A stretch of DNA of 64,000 bases from NCBI GenBank assembly GCA_963666205.1, contig OY762654.1, positions 1,696,001-1,760,000 on the forward strand, in the 5' to 3' direction. This DNA comes from Synergistales bacterium (GTDB taxonomy: Bacteria; Synergistota; Synergistia; Synergistales; JAFGMB01). A model generated the notes under the pieces. It was given only the letters and a program-made list of their open reading frames with translations, had not been told where the DNA came from and did not search any database. Shown here piece by piece: positions 38,101 to 48,329 of the stretch; positions within the stretch are counted from its first letter, which is position 1, and every line of letters begins with the position of its first letter. A program made the translations under genes and the position numbers.

Positions 38101-38360
38101 GCTGAAAAAGATTTCCCTCTGTTTTTCACTTATCATTAAGATTACCCCCGGCAAGAAGTAAAATATCAATTCCTCTTTGCAGTTTATCATCTGGGTCATG
38201 GAAGTGCTTCTGATATGCAATTTATCTGCCAAAGGAACGAACTCTGGTTCGAGTATTCAAGTGTGCAGTGGCTGTTTTCCTGTTAAGGATCGGGGGAAGG
38301 ATCTTCAAGGAAATTGATATAATGATCAACATAAAAATCAGGAACCAGAGGATTTAAGCT

Positions 38361-39104
38361 ATGAAAGTCAAGGAAATCCATTCAAAAACCATTCTCTCGG
38401 TATCTAAAATTTATGATTATGTCATTAATCCATATGTTGGCTGTCAGCATGCATGTACCTACTGCTATGCCCGTTTTATGAAAAAATTTACCGGGCATAG
38501 TGAGCCATGGGGCGATTTTGTGGATGTCAAGATCAATGCTCCCGATCTGTTGCAGGTGGAGATAAAAAGGAAAAGGGAGGGGACCGTATGGGTAAGCGGA
38601 GTATGTGATCCTTATCAGCCCCTTGAAGCAAGATACAGGCTGACTCGAAGATGCCTTGAAATTCTTACACAAAATTGCTGGCCTGTTTTTATCCAGACCC
38701 GCTCTCCCCTGGTTCTCAGGGATATGGATATCCTTAAAGAAGCTGTAAATATGGAAGTGGGGTTTTCCATTACCACGGCAGACGATAGTATCAGGGAACT
38801 ATTTGAACCTCATGCTCCATCCATAAAAGACAGGCTTCGAGCACTTGAAGAATTGCATAACTCCGGGATAAGGACCTATGCCATGATCGCTCCTCTTCTT
38901 CCGGGAGCAGAAGCTCTGGCCGAATGCCTGGAAGGAATAGTTGACTACATCCTTGTTGATCGCATGAACTATCACTATGCCGACTGGATTTACAGGAAGT
39001 ACGGATTGGAAGACATGCTTTCTGAAGATTTCTTTTACCGTACAGCCCGAGAGATCGACCGGATGTCCAGGGAAGCTGGGATCGAATGCCGAATCGTTTT
39101 TTAA
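38361..39104 (+). CDS. Radical SAM protein, spore photoproduct lyase-like family
   Basis: NPYVGCQHACTYCYA (CxxxCxxC), DPYQPLE, FEP.A. Confidence 0.88.
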   Translation: MKVKEIHSKTILSVSKIYDYVINPYVGCQHACTYCYARFMKKFTGHSEPWGDFVDVKINAPDLLQVEIKRKREGTVWVSGVCDPYQPLEARYRLTRRCLEILTQNCWPVFIQTRSPLVLRDMDILKEAVNMEVGFSITTADDSIRELFEPHAPSIKDRLRALEELHNSGIRTYAMIAPLLPGAEALAECLEGIVDYILVDRMNYHYADWIYRKYGLEDMLSEDFFYRTAREIDRMSREAGIECRIVF

Positions 39105-39185
39105 AATGATTATCTGCTGTTTAAAAGTTTAACGATATGATTTGTATTGATATTTTCATGTTCAGAAGGAACTGAGATTAATCCT

Positions 39186-42100
39186 TCAATTGCTGCTGCC
39201 GCTGTTTATGGCATCCTCGTCTATGAAGATCTGCTTGAGAAGGTTTTCCATGACCTGTTTTTTGAACTGGTCTCCGGCACTTTCCGAAGTGTCTGTGCCC
39301 TCCCCTGTGGGAATACTGACCTCGAACTTTATTTCTTTCTGATTCGGCATCCCCGGATCATTGTCCTGAGGGATTGAGGAAGCAGACGTAGTCGAATTAT
39401 CAATTTCAAGACTGTAAAGGGCTGGTTTGCTCCAGGTTCCTACAAGTTCGAAGTTGATCTTTCTGAAATCGGGACCTGAATATCCTCCCACCAGTCCGGA
39501 AAGGAAATCCTGAAGAAGAAGATTTGCATCTCCGCCATTGCCGCTTCTTACTATCCCCTGGATAACACCCTGAAGGGCATTAAGGGCCTGGGTGTTTATC
39601 TGTCCGCTGCATTTGAGGTCCATGTTTGTATGGGGACCTCCAAGGGCACCGCTGAAGGAGAGATATTTATATACTTTATCGTCGGGATATGCCGATACTC
39701 TGCTTCCGGGCAGAAGATAGACATTCCCTCCATCTAGGTTGAAACAGGTGTTCAGATTACGATATTTCAGAATGCCGTCCTGGGTCAGTGATTTCAGGGC
39801 ATCAAAGCCGCCTACGGTACCCTCTCTAAGAGCCATGGAACCTGTTCCTGAAAGAAGATATACTTTGTCGAGAACCCCGGAGAGAGCGATTTCAAGGTCG
39901 CCTTTTCCTGTGCTGTTAACTTTGAATTCCCTGAAGTCCCGGGAGAATCTTGCCAGGTCTGCATCTTTAAGGATCAAGCCCATTTCCCATTTAGCCTTAT
40001 CCATATCTAAACTGCCTTCCATCAGTGCATTGCCACCGTAAATTCCGGCAGAGGCTCCCTTGCTTATCATCTTATTACCCTTCAAAGTAAAGGGTATTAC
40101 AAGGTTGTTCATGTTGTATCCCTGGATGGTCATCTTTGAGGAAGTAAGTTTCCCTTCCCCCCTAATGGAATGCCCTGTGATCTTTCCCTTGCAGGTAAAA
40201 TTGAAATTACCCTGTAAGGTGCTTTTCAGGTTTCCCATTATTTTCTCAGTAAGTTTTTCCGCATCAAGGTCCCTGCCCGTTGATTCAAACGTTATTTCCA
40301 GGCCGGATTCCTTTTTCGTGGCCACAGTGCCTGTTATCTCCAGAGGTGTATCTCCTGTATATGTTCTGAGGAGATATTCCACAGGTTCTTCCCTGTTTTC
40401 CCCAAGCCTGGTTTCAAGTTCCAGACCGTCAAATGTCAGTCCTCCCAGGTTGAATGTCTTTGAAGAAACAGACATGGAGATCTCTGGATGTTTTAGAACT
40501 CCAGTTATGGTGATATCCGTTGAAACCACTCCGGAAACTGGAAGGTCAGGGAAGGCTTTTTCTGTAAGTGAAAAGAGGTCCAGGCTCTCTATAGTAGTCC
40601 TCAAATCAAGGGTATCCTTATCTTCATCCAGAAGCTTAATGGTTCCGCTGCTCCTGAGGGGGGAACCTGCAAGGTCGGCCTTCATCCCTTTGATGAAAAG
40701 TTTTCCATCCCGTGCCTTTATTGAAGCTTTTGCGGCCTTGAGGGGAAGACCGTTGATACTTAATCCTGAAGAGTCAAGAGTTGCTGCGACTTCCGGGGCA
40801 GAAGGTGAACCCAGAATCGAAAAAACGGAATCTACTTTTCCCTTTATGTTCAGAGGTACTCCCAGGTCTGCTGCAAGGTTCTGAATTTTCATCCCGGTAG
40901 ACTTTCCCTTGAGATCAAAGCATGGGCTACTCTCTTCAGGGAACTTTACCTGGCCGGAAAGGTTAAGTTTTCCCCCGGCAAGATCTGAAGTAAAAGATTT
41001 AAGTGACAGGATCCCATTTTCAAAAGTTCCCGAAGAGTTGATATTCTTGATGTCAAGAGTCTTAAAAGCCTTTACACCTGGAGAGGAAAGGGTCATCTCT
41101 CCACGGGGAGACTTTCCATTGATATCAAGCAGGCGTCCTTTTCCTTTAAATGAGGAACCCATCCATTTCGTTTCCAGATTCTCCACCTTTGTTTCCTCTC
41201 CCGTATTAAGGAAGGAAAATCGAAGATCCTGAAGAAGATGTTCCTGTAGTCTAGCCTTATCGGAACCGAAAGATCCGGATATTTTGAGATCATTAGTGTA
41301 GCCTTTAAGGATGGCCTTTCCAGCCAGGGTGCCCTGGAGATCAAGACTTCCCACGACAGGATATCTGTTCTTCATCTGATGGATATCCAGGTCCTTCGTT
41401 TCAAAACTCATATCCAGGTATGAGGCTGGTTTTACGATATGGATAGATCCCTCTCCCTTGATATTGGCTTTGTACCAGGTGCCATTTGCCCGAAGGTTGA
41501 GATCTTTACCGTTATTCAGCTCCAGATCTGCAGAAAGCTTTTCGAAAGGATGTCCTTGTATGACTGCTCCCTTTCCGGTGTGAAAGGATACACTGCCTGA
41601 CAGTTTTTTGAAGGGACCTTTGAGATTGACTTCAATGTTATCCAACCTGCCAGTGGCAAAATCGAGCCAGGGCAGCGGTGTGTACCAGTCTGCAACATTC
41701 AGATCCCTTCCACTCAGTTTCAGCAGCGATTCAAGGGGGCCGCCAGTAAAGATTATGTCAATATCACCAGATACGGGTGAGCCAAAAACAAGAGAATCTA
41801 TATTAGAGAAGGAAAGGGTCCTGTCGAAGAATTTCCAGCTTGCCCTCCCTTTGTCAAATCGGAATCGGGCTACAGAAAAATCTCTCGCTGAAAGACTGCC
41901 TTCCAGTAGAGGAGTTTTAAACGGTCCTGTTATCGTAAGATCCGTATTGACCCCTCCCTTTAAACGGGCCTTTACTGTCTTCGGGATCAGCTTTGAAATA
42001 AAGGAAAGGTCAGGAGTGGAAAACTTTCCGGCAAGATCCAGATCCTTTCCTGCTGTTCCAGATAGAGATAGCAGAGTTGCCCCGGATGTTATATCCATTT

Positions 42101-42692
42101 TTTCAACAGCAAAGGAATTCTCATCCTTCACTATTATGATATCTGCTTCAAAGTCCATGCCATTCAGTATGGCTTTTCCTTCTCCATGTAATTGCCCCGT
42201 AGAAGGGATCTTTACCACAAGGTCTTTCACCTCAAGAAGAGAGGATCCTGAAGAGAAAGAACAGTTCTCAAATTCCATTCTGCTGAGGAAATTTTCGGAA
42301 TTCGGCATCTGATCAGCCTGATACCTGGAAAGGACGGAGGTCAGCATGTCAACATCAAAACGGGCATCCCTGAAGTAAAGGTTCGATAGATGGAGTTTCC
42401 CTTTGAGGAGGGCCTGCTTTTCAAAACCCACTTTCAGAAAGGATGCTTTAATGACCCTTGTACCATCGCCTGACTCTATATTGATATTTTTCAATGTAAA
42501 GCCTGTAACGGGATTCCCATTTATCTCTTCAGTTCGAAACTGGAAGCCTGAAAGATCATTGATCCTTTTTTCCAGTTCGGTCTTGAGGGTTTCAGTACCT
42601 ATGTTATTCCTTTTAAGGAAAAGGGCAGATAAAGAAAGGCCTGCCACAAAAATAACAAGGAGTAAAAGAAGGATCCTGGATTTATTTTTCAT
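39186..42692 (-). CDS. AsmA-like / TamB-like envelope protein
   Basis: N-terminal TM anchor, GNPVTGF motif, long repetitive beta-strand body. Confidence 0.72.
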   Translation of the reverse strand: MKNKSRILLLLLVIFVAGLSLSALFLKRNNIGTETLKTELEKRINDLSGFQFRTEEINGNPVTGFTLKNINIESGDGTRVIKASFLKVGFEKQALLKGKLHLSNLYFRDARFDVDMLTSVLSRYQADQMPNSENFLSRMEFENCSFSSGSSLLEVKDLVVKIPSTGQLHGEGKAILNGMDFEADIIIVKDENSFAVEKMDITSGATLLSLSGTAGKDLDLAGKFSTPDLSFISKLIPKTVKARLKGGVNTDLTITGPFKTPLLEGSLSARDFSVARFRFDKGRASWKFFDRTLSFSNIDSLVFGSPVSGDIDIIFTGGPLESLLKLSGRDLNVADWYTPLPWLDFATGRLDNIEVNLKGPFKKLSGSVSFHTGKGAVIQGHPFEKLSADLELNNGKDLNLRANGTWYKANIKGEGSIHIVKPASYLDMSFETKDLDIHQMKNRYPVVGSLDLQGTLAGKAILKGYTNDLKISGSFGSDKARLQEHLLQDLRFSFLNTGEETKVENLETKWMGSSFKGKGRLLDINGKSPRGEMTLSSPGVKAFKTLDIKNINSSGTFENGILSLKSFTSDLAGGKLNLSGQVKFPEESSPCFDLKGKSTGMKIQNLAADLGVPLNIKGKVDSVFSILGSPSAPEVAATLDSSGLSINGLPLKAAKASIKARDGKLFIKGMKADLAGSPLRSSGTIKLLDEDKDTLDLRTTIESLDLFSLTEKAFPDLPVSGVVSTDITITGVLKHPEISMSVSSKTFNLGGLTFDGLELETRLGENREEPVEYLLRTYTGDTPLEITGTVATKKESGLEITFESTGRDLDAEKLTEKIMGNLKSTLQGNFNFTCKGKITGHSIRGEGKLTSSKMTIQGYNMNNLVIPFTLKGNKMISKGASAGIYGGNALMEGSLDMDKAKWEMGLILKDADLARFSRDFREFKVNSTGKGDLEIALSGVLDKVYLLSGTGSMALREGTVGGFDALKSLTQDGILKYRNLNTCFNLDGGNVYLLPGSRVSAYPDDKVYKYLSFSGALGGPHTNMDLKCSGQINTQALNALQGVIQGIVRSGNGGDANLLLQDFLSGLVGGYSGPDFRKINFELVGTWSKPALYSLEIDNSTTSASSIPQDNDPGMPNQKEIKFEVSIPTGEGTDTSESAGDQFKKQVMENLLKQIFIDEDAINSGSSN

Positions 42693-42719
42693 GGAAGTTA
42701 CAGCAACTCCTGACTATCT

Positions 42720-42995
42720 TTCATATTTTGAAAACTTTTTTACCTTTTCTCTTTTTCTCGATATTGGCTGAAGTATATAAAAACCCTTCATATAATAGAG
42801 GAAGAATATTTTTTTTTCACTGTAAAATTACCTAAAAGGGAGGGATTCTGCGTTTTATGGATAATTAGAAAGGGAAAGTGGATATTTCATCAACAATATG
42901 TGGATATGTGTATAAACTTGTGGAAAAGATGACCTAAATATGGTCTGAACTCCCTTCAAAACAACCTTTGTGGATAACTATGGTGATGTGGATGA
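42720..42995. other. Candidate oriC (AT-rich tract + DnaA-box cluster)
   Basis: TGTGGATAA 42969-77, TGTGTATAA 42907-15, TGTGGAAAA 42919-27, TGTGGATAT 42899-907, TATGGATAA 42856-64, TGTGGATGA 42987-95. Confidence 0.7.
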
Positions 42996-43814
42996 ATTAT
43001 CCGTACCAAAATCCAGAATCTGTAAAGGGTCTTTCAGGATAATTTCTCCACCATGATATCCAGCCATTACCTTTCCCACAACCTTCAATTCTTTTCCAGA
43101 AAATGGGATGAGAAAGGCAAACTTCTCAATATCGCTATCATATATTACTAGGGAAAAATGTCCACTGTCTGCGAGTAGAATATTTCTGTTTCCACTTCTG
43201 ATGATCTTTTTAACCTTTATCTTCAGGGTAATAAAGTTCCCTTTCAGGTAGGGTAATTCCGCCCATGCCTGAGCAGTGCTGAAATGCCTTTTACGAGCCC
43301 TTTTCCATAGCCCATTCTCTTTCTCTCTGGCAAAATCCAGGGCTTTATGGATCCTCTCTGTGTATTTCACATTGGGAGGGATGGTAAGAGGCATGGCGAA
43401 TCCCCTCCTGACAAGTTCCTCGTTTACCATGAACTGTCTATCTTTATCCAGCCACAGGTAGGCCAGGAGCCTCCCATATTTATCTCTTTCCTGAAGGTCG
43501 AGTTCCAGAAAAACCTGTCTCTTTTCCACCATTTCCCTGTTTGCAAGAAAGGCTTCTATTCCCAGCTCTTCACGCCCCCGTTGAGGATGATGGGTTTCAG
43601 GAGTGTCTATAAGAAGGTATCTTACCGTTTCCAGGGAGCCTTTCTTAAGCCTTATCTTTGCTGTATCTCCATCAATAACATCAATAACACTGCCCTCCAG
43701 AAGATCTTCAGGGTGTTGACCTGAAGGGTAACTTTCAAGAGAGGAACAAAACATAAACTGGAATATCAGCGTTATTGCCAGAAGCAGTAGAGAGATCTTT
43801 TTTCTCATTTTCAA
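42978..43814 (-). CDS. Secreted thermonuclease (SNase) family protein with a C-terminal OB-fold-like extension
   Basis: VIDGDT, VRYLLIDTPE, RDKYGRLLAY, NEELVRRGFA, GLW. Confidence 0.9.
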   Translation of the reverse strand: MKMRKKISLLLLAITLIFQFMFCSSLESYPSGQHPEDLLEGSVIDVIDGDTAKIRLKKGSLETVRYLLIDTPETHHPQRGREELGIEAFLANREMVEKRQVFLELDLQERDKYGRLLAYLWLDKDRQFMVNEELVRRGFAMPLTIPPNVKYTERIHKALDFAREKENGLWKRARKRHFSTAQAWAELPYLKGNFITLKIKVKKIIRSGNRNILLADSGHFSLVIYDSDIEKFAFLIPFSGKELKVVGKVMAGYHGGEIILKDPLQILDFGTDNSSTSP

Positions 43815-44165
43815 AGTCGGAAAGATCTTCCGGTTCCTTTCTGAACGTTTTTATCTGTTACCATAGATCGCTCTACGGGTAAGGTAATTGACAGAATCCG
43901 CAGTTCAATAAAACAGAAGGCAAAGCCACCAGCAGAGCTGCACAATATTTATTATCATATACAGCTGTAAGCTTTTTCATGTATCATAACAGAAACCGCT
44001 CTTTCCTTTCAGGAAGAATGAAAAATGATTCTTATGTAACTGACACCATGTCAACCGGTGCAGCGCTGAAGAGTTAAAGGATCTTTTTCTTCAGTTTTTG
44101 GTAAACTTTAATAAACATGATGATCCAGATCTCAAGCTGCATAATACTTACCAGGGGGTTATCTA

Positions 44166-44861
44166 TTGACAGATCTTCAGCAGATATTTCCGGAAGATTT
44201 CGCTTCTCTTAGGGAACCGAAGGAATCTCTTCTTAAACAATATTGCCATCTCCTGTCCGGTTATTCGGGAAAGATCCGATTGACAGGGCCTTCTGACCCC
44301 GAAGTGCTTTGGAGGGAACATGTTCTTGATTCATGTTATGCTCTGCCCCTCCTTCCAGCATCCGGAACGATTCTGGATGTTGGAACTGGAGGAGGACTTC
44401 CTGGTATTGTCTGGGCTGTCTGCAGGCCCGACCTTGAGATACATCTTCTTGACAGCATAAAGAAAAAATGTGTGGCCCTGGAACAGATAATATCTGATCT
44501 TTCCTTAAGGAACGTGAAGGTAATATGCTCCCGTTCGGAAGAACTTGCCCAAAATTCCAGGGAAAGCTACGATCTTGCCGCTGCAAGAGCAGTAACTGCC
44601 ACAGGTGTCCTTTTGGAATACCTGGCTCCCCTTGTAAAACCAAAGGGCCAGGCTCTTGCATTTAAGGGGTCCAGCTATATTTCCGAAATAGGAGATCTGA
44701 CCAACAGATGGTCTGATCTGGGTTTTTCCGATCCTTCTATCCGGAATTATTTTGTGGGATCCAGTGAGCACTTTATTCTCTTATGGAACAAGAACAGTTC
44801 ATGCCCTTCCGGATTTCCCCGTAGAGCTGGAATGGCAGAAAAAAAACCATGGTGGAGGTGA
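44166..44861 (+). CDS. rsmG: 16S rRNA m7G527 methyltransferase RsmG (GidB)
   Basis: HVLDS, LDVGTGGGLPG, RSEE, ARAV, FPRRAG; upstream of parAB. Confidence 0.93.
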   Translation: MTDLQQIFPEDFASLREPKESLLKQYCHLLSGYSGKIRLTGPSDPEVLWREHVLDSCYALPLLPASGTILDVGTGGGLPGIVWAVCRPDLEIHLLDSIKKKCVALEQIISDLSLRNVKVICSRSEELAQNSRESYDLAAARAVTATGVLLEYLAPLVKPKGQALAFKGSSYISEIGDLTNRWSDLGFSDPSIRNYFVGSSEHFILLWNKNSSCPSGFPRRAGMAEKKPWWR

Positions 44862-44865
44862 CTTC

Positions 44866-45636
44866 TTGATCACTTTAGCAATGACTAACCAGAAGGGCGG
44901 CGTTGGGAAAACGACGAGCTGTGTAAATCTCGCTTCTGAACTGGGCAATGCCGGTTACAACGTTCTAGTAGTAGATATAGACCCCCAGGGTAACTGTACC
45001 AGTGGCTTGGGAATAGAAGCATCACAGATCGAAAATTCACTATATGATCTTCTTCTTGATGATGCCGAGATCTCTGAGGTGGTTACACCCACATCATGGA
45101 AGGGAGTTTCCGTTATTCCGGCAACCATAGATCTTGCGGGGGCAGAAGTTGAACTGGCAAGTGCCATCAGCCGGGAAACCAGGCTGAGTCGAGCCCTGGA
45201 AAAATCTACAGGTTTTGATATAACCATTATTGATTGTCCTCCATCACTGGGTATTCTTACCATCAATGCTCTTGTGGCAGCAAATAAACTCGTTATACCA
45301 ATTCAGTGTGAGTATTATGCCCTTGAGGGTGTCGGACAGCTTACAAGAACAGTCAAGCTACTTAAGGATTTTCTCAATCCCTCTCTTTGTGTTGATGGAG
45401 TTCTTCTCACAATGTATGATCCACGAACAAATCTTTCAAATGAGGTTCTGGAGGAAGTCCGTAACCAGTTTGGTGAACTTGTATTTGAATCTGTAATTCC
45501 CCGAAATGTCAAACTTGCTGAAGCCCCAAGTTTTTCGACACCCATAACATACTATGAACCTAATTGTTCCGGAGCAAAAGCGTATAAGGAATTTGCCAGG
45601 GAGGTGGCTGTAAGATGGTTAAACACCGCGCCCTAG
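44866..45636 (+). CDS. parA: ParA/Soj ATPase
   Basis: NQKGGVGKTT, DIDPQGN, DCPPSLG, QCEYYALEG; TTG start after GGAGG. Confidence 0.95.
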   Translation: MITLAMTNQKGGVGKTTSCVNLASELGNAGYNVLVVDIDPQGNCTSGLGIEASQIENSLYDLLLDDAEISEVVTPTSWKGVSVIPATIDLAGAEVELASAISRETRLSRALEKSTGFDITIIDCPPSLGILTINALVAANKLVIPIQCEYYALEGVGQLTRTVKLLKDFLNPSLCVDGVLLTMYDPRTNLSNEVLEEVRNQFGELVFESVIPRNVKLAEAPSFSTPITYYEPNCSGAKAYKEFAREVAVRWLNTAP

Positions 45637-46517
45637 GAAAGGGACTTGGAGCCCTGATTCCAGGAGCTCCAGAGATGCCCGACCGAAACTGTGATGAAGT
45701 CTTGCTTCCTTCGCATAAGACCTCTACCCTGCCGGTTAACAAACTCTTTCCCAATCCCGATCAACCAAGAAAAGCAATGGACGAAGAAAGTCTGAAGGCT
45801 CTGGCTGAATCTCTGAAGGTCCATGGAATTGTTCAACCACTGGTAGTCAGGGAGAAAGATGGCTCCTTTGAGATAGTTGCAGGAGAAAGGAGATGGCGGG
45901 CTGCTCAACTTGTGGGCATAAATGAAGTTCCTGTCACTTTCTTTGAGGGTTCTGACCAGGATGCCATGGAAGTATCTCTCATCGAAAATATTCAGAGGGA
46001 AGATCTATCACCCCTTGAGATCGCTCAGGCTATTCTTGATCTGACCACAGAGTTTTCACTCACCCAGGAAGAGGTCGCAAAGAAACTTGGCTGGAGCAGG
46101 GTTTCAATAACGAACAAGCTCAGACTTCTCAAATTACCGGAGGAAGTCAAGTTTCTCCTAAACAACGGACTCCTTTCCGAAGGCCATGCCAGAGCTCTCC
46201 TTGGTCTTGAAATCGATGAAGATCGTATCAGTTATGCCAGGCGCTCTGTATATAAAATGTGGTCGGTCCGACAACTTGAAAAGACTATACAGGAGAGGAA
46301 ACACAATACAATACCCCAATATGTTGAGAATGCACTTGAGGTTTCACCCTTTCAGAAGCATACGGCTCTATTTGCTACCCGCTTTGGCCTTTCTTTACGT
46401 GTTTCAGGCAAGGAATCCAACATGAAACTTTCCCTTACAGGTCTTCAGGCCAAAGAAGTCGAACAAATACTTGATATTCTAGAAAATGAGGCTGAACAGT
46501 TATTTCCCGGGAAATAA
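45615..46517 (+). CDS. parB: ParB/Spo0J
   Basis: LGKGLGALI, NPDQPRK, GERRWRA, ENIQREDL, GHARALL. Confidence 0.96.
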   Translation: MVKHRALGKGLGALIPGAPEMPDRNCDEVLLPSHKTSTLPVNKLFPNPDQPRKAMDEESLKALAESLKVHGIVQPLVVREKDGSFEIVAGERRWRAAQLVGINEVPVTFFEGSDQDAMEVSLIENIQREDLSPLEIAQAILDLTTEFSLTQEEVAKKLGWSRVSITNKLRLLKLPEEVKFLLNNGLLSEGHARALLGLEIDEDRISYARRSVYKMWSVRQLEKTIQERKHNTIPQYVENALEVSPFQKHTALFATRFGLSLRVSGKESNMKLSLTGLQAKEVEQILDILENEAEQLFPGK

Positions 46518-46556
46518 CACCATATCAGTAGTTAGTACTTAAAGGAGGTACATGCT

Positions 46557-46772
46557 ATGGATAAGCGAATTGAAGATCTTTTATATTTTGGACGCATTAT
46601 ATCCTCGGCCCTCCTCATTTGTGGTTTTGTAGTGCTTGGTATGATCATCGGCAAAAAACTGGTCGAAAAAGGATATCCCAACTGGGTAATCTTGCTATGC
46701 GCATCACTTGGCGCCCTTTTCGGATTGTGGCAGGCGTGGCTTTGGATTACAAAGATAATTAAACGTAATTAA
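46557..46772 (+). CDS. Small two-TM membrane protein (AtpZ/AtpI-like)
   Basis: AAGGAGG RBS; two hydrophobic helices. Confidence 0.6.
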   Translation: MDKRIEDLLYFGRIISSALLICGFVVLGMIIGKKLVEKGYPNWVILLCASLGALFGLWQAWLWITKIIKRN

Positions 46773-46814
46773 CCAAAAATCAATATAGTATATAGTCTGT
46801 TAAATATTCATTAA

Positions 46815-46830
46815 TGTTTCACGTGAAACA
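46815..46830. promoter_or_regulatory. parS site 1
   Basis: Perfect TGTTTCACGTGAAACA palindrome. Confidence 0.95.
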
Positions 46831-46905
46831 TTATCTTCAGCGCGCATATTTCGTGATCGTCTTTAGAAGTAAAATAGAAACCCTATTTCGGAAGGTGATG
46901 ATAGT

Positions 46906-47385
46906 ATGGATCATCTATTTGCTCCCTGGCGCATGTCATATATAGGAGATGAAAACAAGAAACAGGGATGTATCTTCTGTGATTTTCCTAAAGAAAATAA
47001 TGATCATATCCGTAATATCCTGTTTCGTGGGAAATCCTGCTTTGTAATTCTTAATGCTTTTCCTTATAATTCGGGCCACGTGATGGTTGCGCCCTATCGT
47101 CATGTGGCAAATTATGACGATCTTTCTCTTGAAGAAATCACGGATCTCAACCTACTTACCTGCAGGTGTTTAAAGATGATGAGAAAAGTACTCAAACCCG
47201 AGGGTTTTAATATGGGTATTAACATGGGTAAAGTTGCTGGTGCCGGGTTTGCAGGTCATGTTCATCTTCACATAGTACCCCGCTGGAACGGCGATACCAA
47301 TTTTATGTCTGTAATCAACAATACCAGGGTTGTTCCCGAAGCTTTGTCCCAGACTTATACCAAGTTTTCTGAAGCCTGGGAGTAA
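46906..47385 (+). CDS. HIT family (Fhit/Ap4A phosphorylase-like) protein
   Basis: APWR..YI, CIFC, PYNSGH, HVHLHIVPRW.GD.NF. Confidence 0.92.
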   Translation: MDHLFAPWRMSYIGDENKKQGCIFCDFPKENNDHIRNILFRGKSCFVILNAFPYNSGHVMVAPYRHVANYDDLSLEEITDLNLLTCRCLKMMRKVLKPEGFNMGINMGKVAGAGFAGHVHLHIVPRWNGDTNFMSVINNTRVVPEALSQTYTKFSEAWE

Positions 47386-47387
47386 AT

Positions 47388-48011
47388 ATGTCGGAAATCG
47401 TATATCTCCGTCCCTTCCGGAACATTTCTGTTGATTTTAAGGAAAAACGCTCTCTGTTTATTGGACATGTTCGCCTTGTCACCAGTGAAGAAGAAGTCCG
47501 ATTGGAACTTAAAACCCTCTCTGAACAATATAAAGATGCCTCTCATAACTGTTGGGCTTATCGTCTTGATTTCCCTTCCTACAGGGAATACTACTCAGAT
47601 GCCGGGGAACCATCCGGCACAGCGGGTAAGCCTATCTCAGGCGCAATCGCCCGAAAAGGTATTACCGATGTCCTTGTCGTGGTTACGCGCTATTTCGGGG
47701 GTACTAAACTGGGAGTCCGCGGCCTTATTGAAGCGTACGGCAGAGCTGCTGACATGGCACTTGACGCCTCGGATGCCTGTCCTTATACCCCTTCCATCCT
47801 CGTACATCTTGTTATTCCCTATGATGGGATCCGCTCAGTGCTTTATGCCCTTAAATGCCTTGGCATCCATGAGAACGATGCCACCATTTCTTACCTTGAT
47901 TTCATAGAAATCCTGATCCCCATTCCGCTCATCATAAAGGATCAGGCCTCGGAACTGTTCACTGGTCTTACACACAAAAACTACATCCTTCGATGGAACT
48001 GGCAGCACTGA
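47388..48011 (+). CDS. YigZ/IMPACT family protein
   Basis: ASHNCWAY, DAGEPSGTAG.P, VTRYFGGTKLGVRGLIEAY. Confidence 0.93.
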   Translation: MSEIVYLRPFRNISVDFKEKRSLFIGHVRLVTSEEEVRLELKTLSEQYKDASHNCWAYRLDFPSYREYYSDAGEPSGTAGKPISGAIARKGITDVLVVVTRYFGGTKLGVRGLIEAYGRAADMALDASDACPYTPSILVHLVIPYDGIRSVLYALKCLGIHENDATISYLDFIEILIPIPLIIKDQASELFTGLTHKNYILRWNWQH

Positions 48012-48150
48012 ATACTTTCACACTCAATAATGCCCCTTCTTCCCTGTGGCGGGAACACTCCCAGTCACATCGCTTTGAATAGTTCATTTCCAATCATCAT
48101 GACCAGTTTAACTATCTCTACCGTGGCCAGCACCACGATGTGATCAAAAA

Positions 48151-48166
48151 TGTTTCACGTGGAACA
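48151..48166. promoter_or_regulatory. parS site 2
   Basis: TGTTTCACGTGGAACA fits the parS consensus. Confidence 0.92.
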
Positions 48167-48329
48167 TTTTAAGGGGAGTAGTTATAAAGTCCTAGGTCAG
48201 TAATGGTCAGCGCCTATCTACACATCTAATGTCCACGAATAAAGGTATCCATGCCAATTGTTGTTACTCTTGAAATCGCGATGTCAGTCTGTATAATAAA
48301 CGGGTGACACTTACATTGGAGGTTGAAGT

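Noticed and set aside
43820-44160. Possible ncRNA or small ORF between the nuclease and rsmG
   Set aside because: Only short ORFs without motifs and no structure I can recognise; probably divergent promoter DNA.
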